Assembly: GCF_050920415.1 (NCBI RefSeq)
Contig: NZ_CP169309.1
DNA length: 64,000 bases
Reading direction: 5' to 3' (one strand)
From: Escherichia coli
Lineage (GTDB): Bacteria; Pseudomonadota; Gammaproteobacteria; Enterobacterales; Enterobacteriaceae
In this document: piece by piece, positions 50,947 to 62,507 of the stretch
How the letters are laid out: every line of letters begins with the position of its first letter
How positions within the stretch are numbered: position 1 is the first letter of the stretch
Program-made: the position numbers and the translations under genes
The notes under the pieces: model-generated
Seen by the model: the letters and a program-made list of their open reading frames with translations, nothing else
The model's database searches: none
Told to the model about the DNA's origin: nothing

Positions 50947-52557
50947 TCAATGAGTCAACAAGGAGGAAATGGCTTCCCGGGTCCACTGGCCGTTAACCAA
51001 GCGCAGCAGGTTTAATGGATTACTGTCCTGCAGCGCAGGCGGTAATAGTGCAGCGGGTGCATTTTGCAGGCATACCGGGCGCAGAAAACGAGTAATGGCC
51101 AGCGTGCCTACGGACGTGCCGCGCGCGTCGGTGGTTGCCGGGAACGGACCACCGTGTACCATGGCATCGCAAACCTCGACGCCGGTGGGATAGCCATTGA
51201 ACAATACGCGTCCGGCTTTATCAGCCAACAATGGCAATAAACGACCAGCCAGTTGCCGGTCATCCTCATCCGCCTGAAGTGTGGCAGTAAGTTGCCCTTG
51301 CAGAGCGTTAATTACCTGCAACAACTCCGCTTCATCAGCGGCTTCAACCACAATCGCGAGCGGCCCGAACACTTCCTCCTGCAACAGAGGATCTTTTTCA
51401 AGTATGTTTGCCGCCTGAGCCTGATAGAGACGAGTTTCTGCTCGTCCGGCTTGATGATTATCGTCCCCCGCCAAACACCGAATAGTCGGATGTTCTGCCA
51501 GTTTCTCCACGCTGTGGCGATAGTGCTCAAGCGTGGAGGCGTTTAGCATGAGTTGCGGTGTGGCGGCATTCACTTTCTCAACCAGTTGCTGTAAAAAGTC
51601 CGCGTTTTTCTCCCCTTTCAGCAACACAATCAGGCCTGGTTTAGTGCAGAACTGTCCACATCCCAACGTGAACGACGCGACTAAATCGCGGGCCAGCGTA
51701 TCGGCACGTACTGATAGCGCCTGCGGCAGAATGAAAAAGGGATTGAGAGCCGACATTTCGGCAAAAACCGGTATCGGCTGTGGACGCTGTTGGGCCAAAC
51801 GAAAGAGCGCCATGCCACCACGTAATGAGCCGGTAAAACCCACCGCCTGAATTGCGGGATGTTTCACCAGTTCAGCACCGATATCAGTACCGAAAATCAT
51901 ATTGAATACGCCTGCGGGCATGGCGCATTTAGTCACGGCACGAGCGATCGCTGATGCGATAATTTCTGCCGTTGCCATATGCCCAGGATGCGCTTTCACA
52001 ACTACCGGGCATCCTGCAGCCAGTGCCGCTGCTGTATCACCACCGGCGATAGAAAAAGCGAGTGGAAAGTTGCTGGCACCAAATACCGCCACCGGCCCGA
52101 GAGCCGTTTTATACTGGCGCAAATCCGGTCGAGGCAGAGGCTGACGCTCCGGCAACGCAGTATCAATTCTTACCTCAAACAGATCGCCCCGACGTAATAA
52201 CCCGGCAAACATGCGCATCTGCCCGCTGGTTCTTGCCCGCTCTCCCTGTAAACGCGCCAGGGGTAACGCTGTCTCCTGATGTGCCGTAGCGAACAGTTCG
52301 TCGCCTGCTGCATCAAGTTCATCGGCGATGGTTTCTAAAAAATCGGCACGTTGCCCGGCATTGGTCAGTGAATAGCACACAAAAGCCTGCTGCGCCGCAA
52401 TAGCCGCCTGCTCGGCCTCCTCCACGGAGGCCGGGTAAAAACGTTGCCCGGTAGGTTCGCCATCCTGCGCTCGCAGGCTGACCAGCGACGGTTCACCGCT
52501 GGCAACACGTTGCCCGGCGATGAACTGTTGCCCGGTGAAAGGGAAAGTTTCAGTCAT
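50947..52557 (-). CDS. NAD(P)-dependent aldehyde dehydrogenase (candidate alpha-ketoglutarate-semialdehyde dehydrogenase)
   Basis: 536 aa ALDH superfamily with catalytic Cys context (FTLGCGQFCTKPG). Confidence 0.75.
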   Translation of the reverse strand: MTETFPFTGQQFIAGQRVASGEPSLVSLRAQDGEPTGQRFYPASVEEAEQAAIAAQQAFVCYSLTNAGQRADFLETIADELDAAGDELFATAHQETALPLARLQGERARTSGQMRMFAGLLRRGDLFEVRIDTALPERQPLPRPDLRQYKTALGPVAVFGASNFPLAFSIAGGDTAAALAAGCPVVVKAHPGHMATAEIIASAIARAVTKCAMPAGVFNMIFGTDIGAELVKHPAIQAVGFTGSLRGGMALFRLAQQRPQPIPVFAEMSALNPFFILPQALSVRADTLARDLVASFTLGCGQFCTKPGLIVLLKGEKNADFLQQLVEKVNAATPQLMLNASTLEHYRHSVEKLAEHPTIRCLAGDDNHQAGRAETRLYQAQAANILEKDPLLQEEVFGPLAIVVEAADEAELLQVINALQGQLTATLQADEDDRQLAGRLLPLLADKAGRVLFNGYPTGVEVCDAMVHGGPFPATTDARGTSVGTLAITRFLRPVCLQNAPAALLPPALQDSNPLNLLRLVNGQWTREAISSLLTH

Positions 52558-52572
52558 AATCTCTCCCCCACC

Positions 52573-53493
52573 TCAAAGGCCCACGTCCGGCAGCGCAGGG
52601 CGAGTCGCCAGCGATTTCTCAACGATCGCCACAACCTGGGCACGCGTTTCGCCTTCCAGCGCCAGACGCGGCGGGCGAGTAACCTCACTGCCACGCCCCA
52701 ACAGGGCTTCACACAGCTTGATACACTGCACCAGGTCAGGGCGCGCATCGAGATGTAGCAGTGGCATAAACCAGCGATAGAGCGCCATAGCCTCGGCAAA
52801 ACGCTGTTGTTTTGCCAAACGGAACAACGTCTCACCTTCGCGTGGGAAGGCGTTTGACATCCCGGAAATCCAGCCTTCAGCGCCCACCGCAATGCTCTCA
52901 ACCACGACATCGTCCAGCCCGGCAAACAGCACAAAGCGATCGCCTACCGCATTGCGAAGATCGATAAAGCGCCGGGTATCACCAGAGGAATCTTTAAAGC
53001 AGACGATATTTTCGCAATCAGCTAGTGTTTCCAGGATATCAGGGGTGACATCGTTTTTATAAATCGGAGGGTTGTTATAGACCATGATCGGCAGGTCGGT
53101 CGCCATTGCCACACTGCGGAAGTGCGCTGCAGTTTCATGAGGCTTAGATGAGTAAACCAAAGCAGGCATCACCATAACGCCATCAACACCGACCTTCTCG
53201 GCCTCTTTTGCCATCGTCCGGGCAAAGGCAGTGGTGAACTCAGCAACCCCGGCAATCACCGGAATTTTTCCGCCAGCAGCATCTTTCGCTACTTCGATGA
53301 TTTGCAGTTTTTCCTGAGTGGTAAGTGACGTGTTTTCTCCAACGCTGCCGCACACTACCAGGCCAGAAACCCCATCTTTAACCAAGTTTTTCATCACCGC
53401 ATGTGTGGCATCCAAATCAAGTGAGTAATCACTACGGAACTGAGTGCTAACCGCCGGAAAAACGCCACTCCAGTTAATCGCTTTATTGCTCAT
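52573..53493 (-). CDS. DapA/NAL-family lyase (candidate pyrroline-4-hydroxy-2-carboxylate deaminase)
   Basis: From MSNKAINWSGVFPAVSTQF... with AGGAA RBS; class I aldolase (DHDPS-like) pattern. Confidence 0.7.
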   Translation of the reverse strand: MSNKAINWSGVFPAVSTQFRSDYSLDLDATHAVMKNLVKDGVSGLVVCGSVGENTSLTTQEKLQIIEVAKDAAGGKIPVIAGVAEFTTAFARTMAKEAEKVGVDGVMVMPALVYSSKPHETAAHFRSVAMATDLPIMVYNNPPIYKNDVTPDILETLADCENIVCFKDSSGDTRRFIDLRNAVGDRFVLFAGLDDVVVESIAVGAEGWISGMSNAFPREGETLFRLAKQQRFAEAMALYRWFMPLLHLDARPDLVQCIKLCEALLGRGSEVTRPPRLALEGETRAQVVAIVEKSLATRPALPDVGL

Positions 53494-53644
53494 CTTTGGT
53501 TTCCTTATTGTCAATCTGTTGCGTCAATGTGAATTAAAAGTGAATCTTCATTAACAGATTGACCTCTCCTTGCGCTGGCGGCTTGTCGATTTTCTTTCCC
53601 CAGGATGACGAAATTAGCACAATGCCCAGTTGTGATTTGTCGTG

Positions 53645-54472
53645 TTACCCCATCAACGTCATCCGAAAATCACGCGGAGTTGAGCCTGTCATCGCCTTAA
53701 ATTGACGGCTGAACGCACTATGGTCGGTATAACCGCACTGCAAAGCGATATCGGTAATCGGCGTAGTTCCGGCAAGTAACTCGGTGGCCTTTTCCAGTCG
53801 AACTTTGTGGATCATCTGGCGAGGCGTCAGGTGAAAAATCCGCTTACAGTAGCGTTCAATTTGCGCCACAGACATTCCGCTCATTTCAGTCAACTCTTCC
53901 ATAGAGATCGCACGGTAGTAGTGATTGCGAATGTGCTCATCGATGATCGCCAGGCGTTGCCAGGCTGGATGACGCGCATGTGCTTCCTGGAGATCATGTG
54001 AGATCCCCGCCATTCCGATCACACGCCCCTGCATATCGCGCAGTGCCAGTTTCTGCGTCAGACACCAGCCGCGTTCGCGACCGTTATAGAGATGCATCTC
54101 TAGTTGATCACGTAACGCAACCCCTTCGCGTAGCACACGCAGATCCTGTTCGGTATATCCTCGTCCCAATGCAGAAGGGAAAACATCTGCCGATGTCTTC
54201 CCCAGTAGCGATGTCACATTTTTAAACCCGCAGCGTCGCGCCAACGTCATATTGACTAACAGATAACGGGCCTGCATATCCTTAATAAAAAACACCACAT
54301 TAGGAATGGCGTTGAGAAGTGGCGCAATCAGCGCCAGTGCATTTAACAACGCCTGAATATTTTGTGGACGCTGCCGCGCCAGCCCCTCGCAAATCTGACT
54401 AAGTTCATCAACGGCCAGCGCAGTTTCTTCACAAGGGGAAAACTCAAAAGTCTGATGACATATGCTGGACAT
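53645..54472 (-). CDS. AraC-family transcriptional regulator
   Basis: C-terminal AraC HTH (TDIALQCGYTDHSAFSRQFK); divergent from the epimerase operon. Confidence 0.8.
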   Translation of the reverse strand: MSSICHQTFEFSPCEETALAVDELSQICEGLARQRPQNIQALLNALALIAPLLNAIPNVVFFIKDMQARYLLVNMTLARRCGFKNVTSLLGKTSADVFPSALGRGYTEQDLRVLREGVALRDQLEMHLYNGRERGWCLTQKLALRDMQGRVIGMAGISHDLQEAHARHPAWQRLAIIDEHIRNHYYRAISMEELTEMSGMSVAQIERYCKRIFHLTPRQMIHKVRLEKATELLAGTTPITDIALQCGYTDHSAFSRQFKAMTGSTPRDFRMTLMG

Positions 54473-54783
54473 AGTTGTTCCTCATAGCGATTGAGGATGA
54501 ATGTTTATTAACCTTTGATTAACATGACAAGTACTGAAAGTGCATTTTGCGATCCTTCCGTGTATTTCCACTTTCCGTTGCTCTCACTACTGACGAACGC
54601 TTGTTCCTGGTCTAACACATCACTAACAAAATGATTAATATTAAAAAAACATGACCACTCCTGGTGTCGCGAAATAATTCACTGTGCTGATTTCGTCATT
54701 TCCCTTGCAGAAACCCTTCAAGCGATAAAGTTGCAATTACGCCAGCATTTAGAAACATTTTGTTAACCACATGGAGCCAGAGC

Positions 54784-55731
54784 ATGCATGTTCCTCACCA
54801 AATCACTGAACTCAGGGCTATCGACTCCCATACCGGAGGCGAGCCGACCCGGTTGATTATTGATGGCTTTCCCGATCTCGGTAGCGGCAGCATGGCCGAA
54901 CGGCGCGAACGTTTTACCCGGGAATTTGACTGTTGGCGCAAAGCCATAATTCTTGAGCCACGCGGCAACGACGTGCTGGTCGGCGCGCTACTGTGTGAGC
55001 CGCTTTCCCCTCATGCCACGGCGGGTGTCATCTTTTTCAATAATGCCGGATACCTGAATATGTGTGGGCACGGCACTATCGGGCTTGTTGCCTCACTGGC
55101 CTGGTTGGGTCGTATTAAACCGGGCGTTCATCGCATTGAAACCCCTGTCGGAGATGTAAACGCCACATTGCATGATGATGGCAGTGTGTCAGTTGAAAAT
55201 GTTCCGGCCTGGCGCTGGCAAAAACAGGTAAGTGTGGAAACAGCGGTGGGTACAGTTACAGGAGATATCGCCTGGGGTGGTAACTGGTTTTTTCTTATTA
55301 ATGATCATCCATTTGATATTGTGCCGGAACAAATCCCGCAGTTAACTGAATACGCCTGGGCGGTACGGGAAGGGCTCGATAATGCGGGGATCGTCGGTGA
55401 AAACGGTGGCATTATCGATCATATCGAACTTTTTGCCGATGACGATCAGGCGGATAGCCGTAGCTTCGTCCTTTGCCCAGGTAAAGCGTGGGATCGTTCT
55501 CCCTGTGGCACAGGCACCAGCGCCAAGCTGGCCTGTCTGGCAGAAGACGGAAAACTCGCCCCCGGCGATAGCTGGCGCCAGGCCAGTATTATTGGTAGCC
55601 AGTTTACGGCTCACTATACCCGCCATGGCGAGAAGATTATCCCCACCATTCGTGGAGAAGCCTGGGTATGCGGCGACAATCGCCTGCTCCTTAATCCGGA
55701 CGATCCCTTCTGCTGGGGGATTAGCCTGTGA
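54784..55731 (+). CDS. Proline-racemase-family enzyme, Cys/Cys type (candidate 4-hydroxyproline 2-epimerase)
   Basis: Catalytic motifs MCGHGTIG and [12 protein letters not shown] (both Cys). Confidence 0.75.
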   Translation: MHVPHQITELRAIDSHTGGEPTRLIIDGFPDLGSGSMAERRERFTREFDCWRKAIILEPRGNDVLVGALLCEPLSPHATAGVIFFNNAGYLNMCGHGTIGLVASLAWLGRIKPGVHRIETPVGDVNATLHDDGSVSVENVPAWRWQKQVSVETAVGTVTGDIAWGGNWFFLINDHPFDIVPEQIPQLTEYAWAVREGLDNAGIVGENGGIIDHIELFADDDQADSRSFVLCPGKAWDRSPCGTGTSAKLACLAEDGKLAPGDSWRQASIIGSQFTAHYTRHGEKIIPTIRGEAWVCGDNRLLLNPDDPFCWGISL

Positions 55732-56837
55732 ACAGCACGGAGGTCATTGTCATCGGCGCAGGCATCATCGGGGCCTCCTGCGCATGGCAACTGGCAAAAC
55801 GTGGTGTGAGAGTCACGCTAATTGACAACGGCCGAGCCGGAGCGACAGCTGCAGGAATGGGGCATCTGGTCTGTATGGATGATGATCCCGCAGAACTGAC
55901 GCTCTCTGCCTGGTCGCTGGAACTGTGGCGCACGTTGACGCCTCAGTTACCGGAAAGCTGTGCCTGGTGCGGCTGTGGCACATTGTGGCTGGCGGAAACA
56001 CCAGAAGAACTGGAAATTGCCCGAGAGAAGCAGCGACGTCTGGCATCGCATGAGGTCAACAGCGAAATGCAAAGCGCTGCACAATTGGCTGAGCGGGAAG
56101 TTATGCTACGCCCGGGGTTATCCGGCGGGTTATGGGTGCCGGGCGATGGCATCGTCTACGCCCCAAACGTTGCCCGTTGGTTTATTGCCAATGCAGGCGA
56201 TAAGCTGACACATCTGGTTGATCCGGCCATTCGTCTGGAAGAACCTACAGTGACATTACAGAGCGGTCGCCAATTACGCGCCGATGCGATCGTCGTCGCC
56301 TGTGGTCTGGGGGCCAATACGTTACTGGGGGAGCCATGGCTGCGCGCGAAGAAAGGCCAACTTGCGATTACCGATCGCTATGGTCCACTAGTCAATCACC
56401 AACTGGTTGAACTTGGCTACGGCGCCAGTGCTCACGGCAGCGGCACGTCAGTGGCCTTTAATGTGCAGCCTCGTCCCACCGGACAACTGCTGATTGGCTC
56501 TTCACGTCAGTTCGATAACGAGGATCGCGAACTGGACCTTCCACTCCTGGCCGCGATGCTGTCCAGAGCGCAACACTTTCTGCCGTCTCTGGCAACGCTC
56601 AATATTATTCGTTGCTGGAGCGGTTTTCGCGCCGCCTCGCAGGATGGTAATCCCCTTCTCGGCCCGCATCCTTCCCGTGCTGGCGTCTGGCTGGCTCTTG
56701 GTCATGAAGGGCTTGGAGTGACTACTGCCCCCGCCAGCGCGTCGCTGTTAGTCGCACAGTTGCTGGGTGAACGCAGCCTCGTATCTCCTGCCCCCTGGCT
56801 ACCCGCAAGACTTATCTCCCTGGAGGCCAGCGCATGA
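55728..56837 (+). CDS. FAD-dependent oxidoreductase (DAO family; candidate D-hydroxyproline dehydrogenase subunit)
   Basis: N-terminal FAD motif [21 protein letters not shown]. Confidence 0.75.
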   Translation: MNSTEVIVIGAGIIGASCAWQLAKRGVRVTLIDNGRAGATAAGMGHLVCMDDDPAELTLSAWSLELWRTLTPQLPESCAWCGCGTLWLAETPEELEIAREKQRRLASHEVNSEMQSAAQLAEREVMLRPGLSGGLWVPGDGIVYAPNVARWFIANAGDKLTHLVDPAIRLEEPTVTLQSGRQLRADAIVVACGLGANTLLGEPWLRAKKGQLAITDRYGPLVNHQLVELGYGASAHGSGTSVAFNVQPRPTGQLLIGSSRQFDNEDRELDLPLLAAMLSRAQHFLPSLATLNIIRCWSGFRAASQDGNPLLGPHPSRAGVWLALGHEGLGVTTAPASASLLVAQLLGERSLVSPAPWLPARLISLEASA

Positions 56838-57097
56838 GTGGCACCATTAGAATTTTTATTGCCGGACAGCCCTGGTTTGTCCCGACGGGTATTAGCGTAG
56901 CGGCGGCACTGGCCTTAACTGATAACCCCATTACGCGCCTTTCGGTGAGCGGGCAACCACGTACGCCCTTCTGCGGCATGGGCGTTTGCCAGGAGTGTCG
57001 GGTGAGCGTTAATGGTCGTCGGGTACCCGGTTGTCAGACCCTTTGCCAGCCAGACATGCAGATTGAAAGGAGCGGATATGCAGACCTTACAGTGTGA
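56834..57097 (+). CDS. Small [2Fe-2S]-binding protein (dehydrogenase subunit)
   Basis: 87 aa with Cys motifs CGMGVCQECRV...C; overlaps both neighbours. Confidence 0.65.
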   Translation: MSGTIRIFIAGQPWFVPTGISVAAALALTDNPITRLSVSGQPRTPFCGMGVCQECRVSVNGRRVPGCQTLCQPDMQIERSGYADLTV

Positions 57098-58343
57098 CAT
57101 TTTAATTCTCGGTGCAGGCCCGGCGGGGCTATCAGCGGCTCTGGCCGCAGCAAAGTGCGATAAGCAGGTCATCATCCTTGATGATAATCCGCTTCCTGGC
57201 GGTCAAATCTGGCGCGATGGTCCACAAAGTCAGCTTCCTCCACTGGCCCGCCATTACCGTGATGCCGTTGCCAACGAATCGCGGATTCGTGTGCTCAACG
57301 GAGCGAGGTTAATCGCCCGCCGCAGCGAAAATTGTGTACTGTTCGAAACTGCAGAAGACTACGGCACAGTAAGCTGGAATAAGCTGATTCTCTGCTGCGG
57401 CGCACGTGAACTTGCATTACCGTTTCCAGGCTGGACGCTGCCCGGTGTCAGTGGCGCGGGTGGGCTACAGGCACAAATGAAACAGGGGCTGCACATGGCA
57501 AATCAAAAAGTGGTTATTGCCGGAAGTGGGCCACTATTACTGGCCGTTGCTGACACCGTTCGCCGTGCCGGAGGCGAAGTGGTGGCGATTGTGGAACAAG
57601 CCCCACGCGCAGCGCTATTGCGCTTTGGCTTCGGACTATGGCGTTGGCCGGGTAAGCTGCGCCAACTGGCGACACTATTTCCTCGTCGTTATCTCAGTGC
57701 AAGCCAGGTTATCGCTGCACACGGCGACGCCACATTGCGTGCTGTCACCCTCCGACACAATGGTAGGGAAATCACACTGCCATGCGACAAATTAGCTATT
57801 GGCTATGGTCTAGTGCCTAATCTTGAACCTGGGTTGTTCTTCAGTTGTGCCATCAGCAATGATGCCGTGCAGGTGGATGAACTGCAGCGAACCTCGGTTA
57901 AAAACATCTATGCAGCCGGTGAATGTACTGGATTTGGTGGCAGTGAACTGGCGCTGATAGAAGGTGAAATAGCCGGACTTTGTGCGGCCGATCGCGCCCA
58001 TGAAACAAAGTTTCTGCAACAAAAACGCACCAGGTGGCAGCGCTTCGCCCTCGCGCTTCATAAAACCTTTGCCCTGCCCGAAAGTCTCAAGCGCGTTGCG
58101 ACACCAGAAACGCTGCTTTGCCGCTGCGAAGACATTCGCTGTGGCGATGTAGAGCAAGCACAAAGCTGGCTGCAGGCCAAATTAACGACCCGCTGCGGCA
58201 TGGGAGCCTGTCAGGGGAGAACCTGCGCCGCTACCGCACGATGGTTGTACGGCTGGCCATTACTGGAACCGCGAGCCCCCCTTTCCCCCTCTCGCAGCGA
58301 AACGTTAATTGCCCTGGCGCAACAACCACCTTCGCCACATTAA
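57078..58343 (+). CDS. FAD/NAD(P)-binding oxidoreductase (HcnB/opine-oxidase-A-like subunit)
   Basis: From MQTLQCDILILGAGPAGLSAALAAA...; dinucleotide-binding motifs and C-terminal Cys cluster. Confidence 0.7.
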   Translation: MQTLQCDILILGAGPAGLSAALAAAKCDKQVIILDDNPLPGGQIWRDGPQSQLPPLARHYRDAVANESRIRVLNGARLIARRSENCVLFETAEDYGTVSWNKLILCCGARELALPFPGWTLPGVSGAGGLQAQMKQGLHMANQKVVIAGSGPLLLAVADTVRRAGGEVVAIVEQAPRAALLRFGFGLWRWPGKLRQLATLFPRRYLSASQVIAAHGDATLRAVTLRHNGREITLPCDKLAIGYGLVPNLEPGLFFSCAISNDAVQVDELQRTSVKNIYAAGECTGFGGSELALIEGEIAGLCAADRAHETKFLQQKRTRWQRFALALHKTFALPESLKRVATPETLLCRCEDIRCGDVEQAQSWLQAKLTTRCGMGACQGRTCAATARWLYGWPLLEPRAPLSPSRSETLIALAQQPPSPH

Positions 58344-58719
58344 ATCCCTGATAATAATTTGGCGTTAAGGGCTTATCTGGTCTGGTAAATCTTACAAATT
58401 CAATATATTGCAGAATCTATCCAGGCCAGATAAGCGTAGCGCAGCTGGCAATTATTGAGCCGTAAACGAGGAATCTACCCAGAAAAAATTTCGTGATCTC
58501 AATCACATATTAGCTCGATGAATAATTCTTGCCCAACCGCTCACCGCCATTCCTGACCGCTTACGTCCCAAATATAACCACTCAGTTATTTACCTTACTT
58601 TACGCGCGCGTAACTCTGGCAACATCACTGCAGGATAGCGGTCAATTTACCTCCTCAAACGCAACGCAAACCTAGAACGGCTTCGGCCAACTATTAATCA
58701 ATACATGCCAGGTTTTACT

Positions 58720-60870
58720 ATGGATACTAAAAAGATATTCAAGCACATACCCTGGGTGATTCTTGGAATCATCGGTGCATTCTGCCTCGCGGTAGTTGCA
58801 TTACGTCGGGGGGAGCACGTCAGCGCCCTGTGGATCGTGGTCGCCTCTGTGTCAGTGTATCTGGTGGCTTATCGCTACTACAGTCTGTACATCGCCCAGA
58901 AAGTGATGAAACTCGACCCCACGCGCGCGACGCCTGCGGTTATTAACAACGACGGTCTGAACTATGTTCCGACCAACCGTTACGTGTTGTTTGGTCACCA
59001 CTTCGCTGCTATCGCCGGTGCGGGTCCGCTGGTTGGTCCGGTTCTCGCCGCGCAGATGGGTTACCTGCCTGGCACACTGTGGCTGCTGGCGGGGGTAGTG
59101 CTGGCCGGTGCGGTACAGGACTTTATGGTGCTGTTTATCTCTTCTCGCCGTAACGGCGCATCTCTCGGTGAGATGATCAAAGAAGAGATGGGGCCAGTAC
59201 CGGGGACTATCGCGCTGTTTGGCTGTTTCTTAATCATGATCATCATCCTCGCCGTTCTGGCGCTGATTGTGGTTAAAGCCCTGGCCGAAAGTCCGTGGGG
59301 TGTCTTCACCGTTTGCTCAACCGTACCAATTGCGCTGTTTATGGGTATCTACATGCGCTTTATCCGTCCTGGGCGTGTAGGTGAAGTCTCTGTTATTGGT
59401 ATCGTGCTGCTGGTTGCCTCTATCTACTTCGGTGGCGTAATTGCTCACGATCCGTACTGGGGTCCGGCACTGACCTTTAAAGACACCACCATTACCTTCG
59501 CACTGATTGGCTATGCGTTTGTTTCCGCACTGCTGCCGGTGTGGCTGATCCTCGCACCGCGCGACTATCTGGCAACCTTCCTGAAAATCGGCGTTATCGT
59601 CGGCCTGGCGCTGGGTATCGTGGTGCTGAACCCGGAACTGAAAATGCCTGCGATGACCCAGTACATTGACGGTACTGGCCCGCTGTGGAAAGGCGCTCTG
59701 TTCCCGTTCCTGTTCATCACCATCGCCTGTGGTGCGGTATCTGGCTTCCACGCGCTGATCTCTTCCGGTACGACGCCGAAACTGCTGGCTAACGAAACCG
59801 ACGCGCGTTTCATTGGCTACGGCGCAATGCTGATGGAGTCCTTCGTGGCGATTATGGCGCTGGTTGCTGCGTCCATCATCGAACCGGGTCTTTACTTCGC
59901 GATGAATACCCCGCCTGCGGGCCTTGGCATCACCATGCCTAACCTGCATGAAATGGGTGGCGAGAACGCGCCGATCATCATGGCACAACTGAAAGACGTT
60001 ACCGCACACGCGGCAGCGACTGTCAGCTCCTGGGGCTTCGTGATTTCGCCAGAGCAGATCCTGCAAACCGCGAAAGACATTGGTGAGCCTTCTGTCCTGA
60101 ACCGTGCAGGTGGTGCGCCGACGCTGGCGGTAGGTATCGCTCACGTGTTCCACAAAGTGCTGCCGATGGCTGACATGGGCTTCTGGTATCACTTCGGCAT
60201 TCTGTTCGAAGCCCTGTTCATCCTGACCGCGCTGGATGCGGGTACCCGTTCTGGCCGCTTTATGCTGCAAGACCTGCTGGGTAACTTCATCCCGTTCCTG
60301 AAAAAAACCGACTCTCTGGTTGCCGGTATCATCGGTACTGCGGGCTGTGTGGGTCTGTGGGGCTACCTGCTGTATCAGGGCGTGGTCGATCCGCTGGGCG
60401 GCGTTAAGAGCCTGTGGCCGCTGTTCGGTATCTCCAACCAGATGCTGGCAGCCGTAGCGCTGGTACTGGGCACCGTTGTGCTGATTAAGATGAAGCGCAC
60501 CCAATACATCTGGGTGACTGTTGTTCCGGCTGTATGGCTGCTTATCTGCACCACCTGGGCGCTGGGCCTGAAACTGTTCAGCACCAACCCGCAGATGGAA
60601 GGCTTCTTCTACATGGCAAGCCAGTACAAAGAGAAGATTGCTAACGGTACTGACCTGACGGCACAGCAGATTGCCAACATGAACCACATCGTTGTGAACA
60701 ACTACACCAACGCAGGCCTGAGTATTCTGTTCCTGATTGTGGTGTACAGCATCATCTTCTACGGTTTCAAAACCTGGCTGAAGGTGCGTAACAGCGACAA
60801 ACGTACTGACAAAGAAACACCGTACGTTCCAATCCCGGAAGGCGGCGTGAAGATTTCTTCGCACCACTAA
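58720..60870 (+). CDS. btsT: Pyruvate/H+ symporter BtsT (CstA family)
   Basis: 716 aa from [24 protein letters not shown]...; CstA-family multi-TM; K-12 yjiY. Confidence 0.9.
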   Translation: MDTKKIFKHIPWVILGIIGAFCLAVVALRRGEHVSALWIVVASVSVYLVAYRYYSLYIAQKVMKLDPTRATPAVINNDGLNYVPTNRYVLFGHHFAAIAGAGPLVGPVLAAQMGYLPGTLWLLAGVVLAGAVQDFMVLFISSRRNGASLGEMIKEEMGPVPGTIALFGCFLIMIIILAVLALIVVKALAESPWGVFTVCSTVPIALFMGIYMRFIRPGRVGEVSVIGIVLLVASIYFGGVIAHDPYWGPALTFKDTTITFALIGYAFVSALLPVWLILAPRDYLATFLKIGVIVGLALGIVVLNPELKMPAMTQYIDGTGPLWKGALFPFLFITIACGAVSGFHALISSGTTPKLLANETDARFIGYGAMLMESFVAIMALVAASIIEPGLYFAMNTPPAGLGITMPNLHEMGGENAPIIMAQLKDVTAHAAATVSSWGFVISPEQILQTAKDIGEPSVLNRAGGAPTLAVGIAHVFHKVLPMADMGFWYHFGILFEALFILTALDAGTRSGRFMLQDLLGNFIPFLKKTDSLVAGIIGTAGCVGLWGYLLYQGVVDPLGGVKSLWPLFGISNQMLAAVALVLGTVVLIKMKRTQYIWVTVVPAVWLLICTTWALGLKLFSTNPQMEGFFYMASQYKEKIANGTDLTAQQIANMNHIVVNNYTNAGLSILFLIVVYSIIFYGFKTWLKVRNSDKRTDKETPYVPIPEGGVKISSHH

Positions 60871-60879
60871 CCGGTTGCC

Positions 60880-60975
<96 letters not shown>

Positions 60976-61000
60976 GCTTTACGCATATCTGGAAGGCAAA

Positions 61001-61204
61001 ATGTTTGGTAACTTAGGACAGGCAAAAAAATATCTCGGCCAGGCGGCAAAGATGTTGATTGGCATTCCAGACTACGACAACTACGTCGAGCATATGAAGA
61101 CCAACCATCCCGACCAGCCGTACATGAGCTATGAAGAATTCTTCCGCGAACGCCAGAACGCGCGCTACGGCGGCGATGGTAAAGGCGGTATGCGCTGTTG
61201 TTAA
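61001..61204 (+). CDS. yjiX: DUF466 protein YjiX
   Basis: 67 aa [67 protein letters not shown]. Confidence 0.85.
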   Translation: MFGNLGQAKKYLGQAAKMLIGIPDYDNYVEHMKTNHPDQPYMSYEEFFRERQNARYGGDGKGGMRCC

Positions 61205-61214
61205 TGGAGAGAGC

Positions 61215-62171
61215 ATGAACCCGATTGCAGTTACCCTACTCACCGGTTTTTTAGGCGCAGGCAAAACCACCCTGCTGCGCCATATTCTTAATGAACAGCA
61301 CGGCTACAAAATTGCCGTGATTGAAAACGAATTCGGCGAAGTCTCCGTTGATGATCAACTGATTGGCGACCGCGCCACGCAGATCAAAACGCTGACCAAC
61401 GGCTGCATCTGTTGTTCGCGCTCCAACGAGCTGGAGGACGCGCTACTCGACCTGCTGGACAATCTCGACAAGGGCAATATTCAGTTCGATCGTCTGGTTA
61501 TTGAATGCACCGGCATGGCCGATCCCGGCCCGATTATTCAGACCTTTTTCTCCCATGAGATTTTATGCCAGCGCTACCTGCTGGACGGCGTGATTGCGCT
61601 GGTGGATGCGGTACATGCCGATGAGCAGATGAACCAGTTCACCATCGCCCAGTCACAGGTTGGCTACGCCGACCGTATTCTGCTGACCAAAACCGACGTC
61701 GCAGGCGAAGCAGAAAAACTGCGTGAACGCCTGGCGCGCATCAACGCCCGCGCACCGGTCTACACCGTCACCCACGGCAACATCGATCTGGGCCTGCTGT
61801 TCAACACCAACGGTTTTATGCTGGAAGAAAACGTTGTCAGCACCAAACCGCGTTTCCACTTTATCGCGGATAAACAAAACGATATTTCGTCGATTGTGGT
61901 AGAACTGGATTATCCGGTAGATATCAGCGAAGTTTCCCGCGTGATGGAAAACCTGCTGCTGGAATCGGCAGATAAACTGCTGCGTTACAAAGGGATGCTG
62001 TGGATTGACGGCGAACCTAATCGCCTGCTGTTCCAGGGCGTCCAGCGCCTCTACAGCGCCGACTGGGACCGCCCGTGGGGCGATGAAAAACCGCATAGCA
62101 CAATGGTGTTTATCGGGATTCAGCTGCCGGAGGATGAGATTCGGGCAGCGTTTGCGGGGTTGAGGAAGTAA
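61215..62171 (+). CDS. yjiA: CobW/P47K-family GTPase YjiA
   Basis: 318 aa from MNPIAVTLLTGFLGAGKTTLLRHIL...; GTPase P-loop and CxCC motif (GCICCS). Confidence 0.9.
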   Translation: MNPIAVTLLTGFLGAGKTTLLRHILNEQHGYKIAVIENEFGEVSVDDQLIGDRATQIKTLTNGCICCSRSNELEDALLDLLDNLDKGNIQFDRLVIECTGMADPGPIIQTFFSHEILCQRYLLDGVIALVDAVHADEQMNQFTIAQSQVGYADRILLTKTDVAGEAEKLRERLARINARAPVYTVTHGNIDLGLLFNTNGFMLEENVVSTKPRFHFIADKQNDISSIVVELDYPVDISEVSRVMENLLLESADKLLRYKGMLWIDGEPNRLLFQGVQRLYSADWDRPWGDEKPHSTMVFIGIQLPEDEIRAAFAGLRK

Positions 62172-62204
62172 TTTTAGATGATGGCCGCCATGTGGCGGCC
62201 TGAA

Positions 62205-62507
62205 TTATTTTTTATTCTGATCGCGCAGCATCGCTTCACGTAAAATTGCGTTCAGGCGAGTTTGATAGCCTTTACCTGGTCGCTTCAACCATTCCATCAC
62301 ATCAGCATCAATACGCACCGAAGCCTGAGTTTTCAATGGCCGATAAAACTTACCGCGTTCTGCGTTAGACCATTGCTCATCGCTGGAAGGTGGGATATCA
62401 CTGTAATCAATATCTTCGTCGGATTTATTCGCCAGCGCCTTCAGTTCGGCCTCATGCTGCACATCGAGTGAAGAGGAGGTCCCTCGTTTATGTTTAACCA
62501 TGCTCAT
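62205..62507 (-). CDS. BrnA-like antitoxin (type II TA)
   Basis: 100 aa; C-terminal ...VMEWLKRPGKGYQTRLNAILREAML pattern of BrnA. Confidence 0.6.
   Translation of the reverse strand: MSMVKHKRGTSSSLDVQHEAELKALANKSDEDIDYSDIPPSSDEQWSNAERGKFYRPLKTQASVRIDADVMEWLKRPGKGYQTRLNAILREAMLRDQNKK

Noticed and set aside
59317-60867. 516-aa ORF on the minus strand
   Set aside because: It lies entirely antisense within btsT, has an Arg/His-rich low-complexity translation and no RBS context; a typical antisense artefact of a GC-rich gene.
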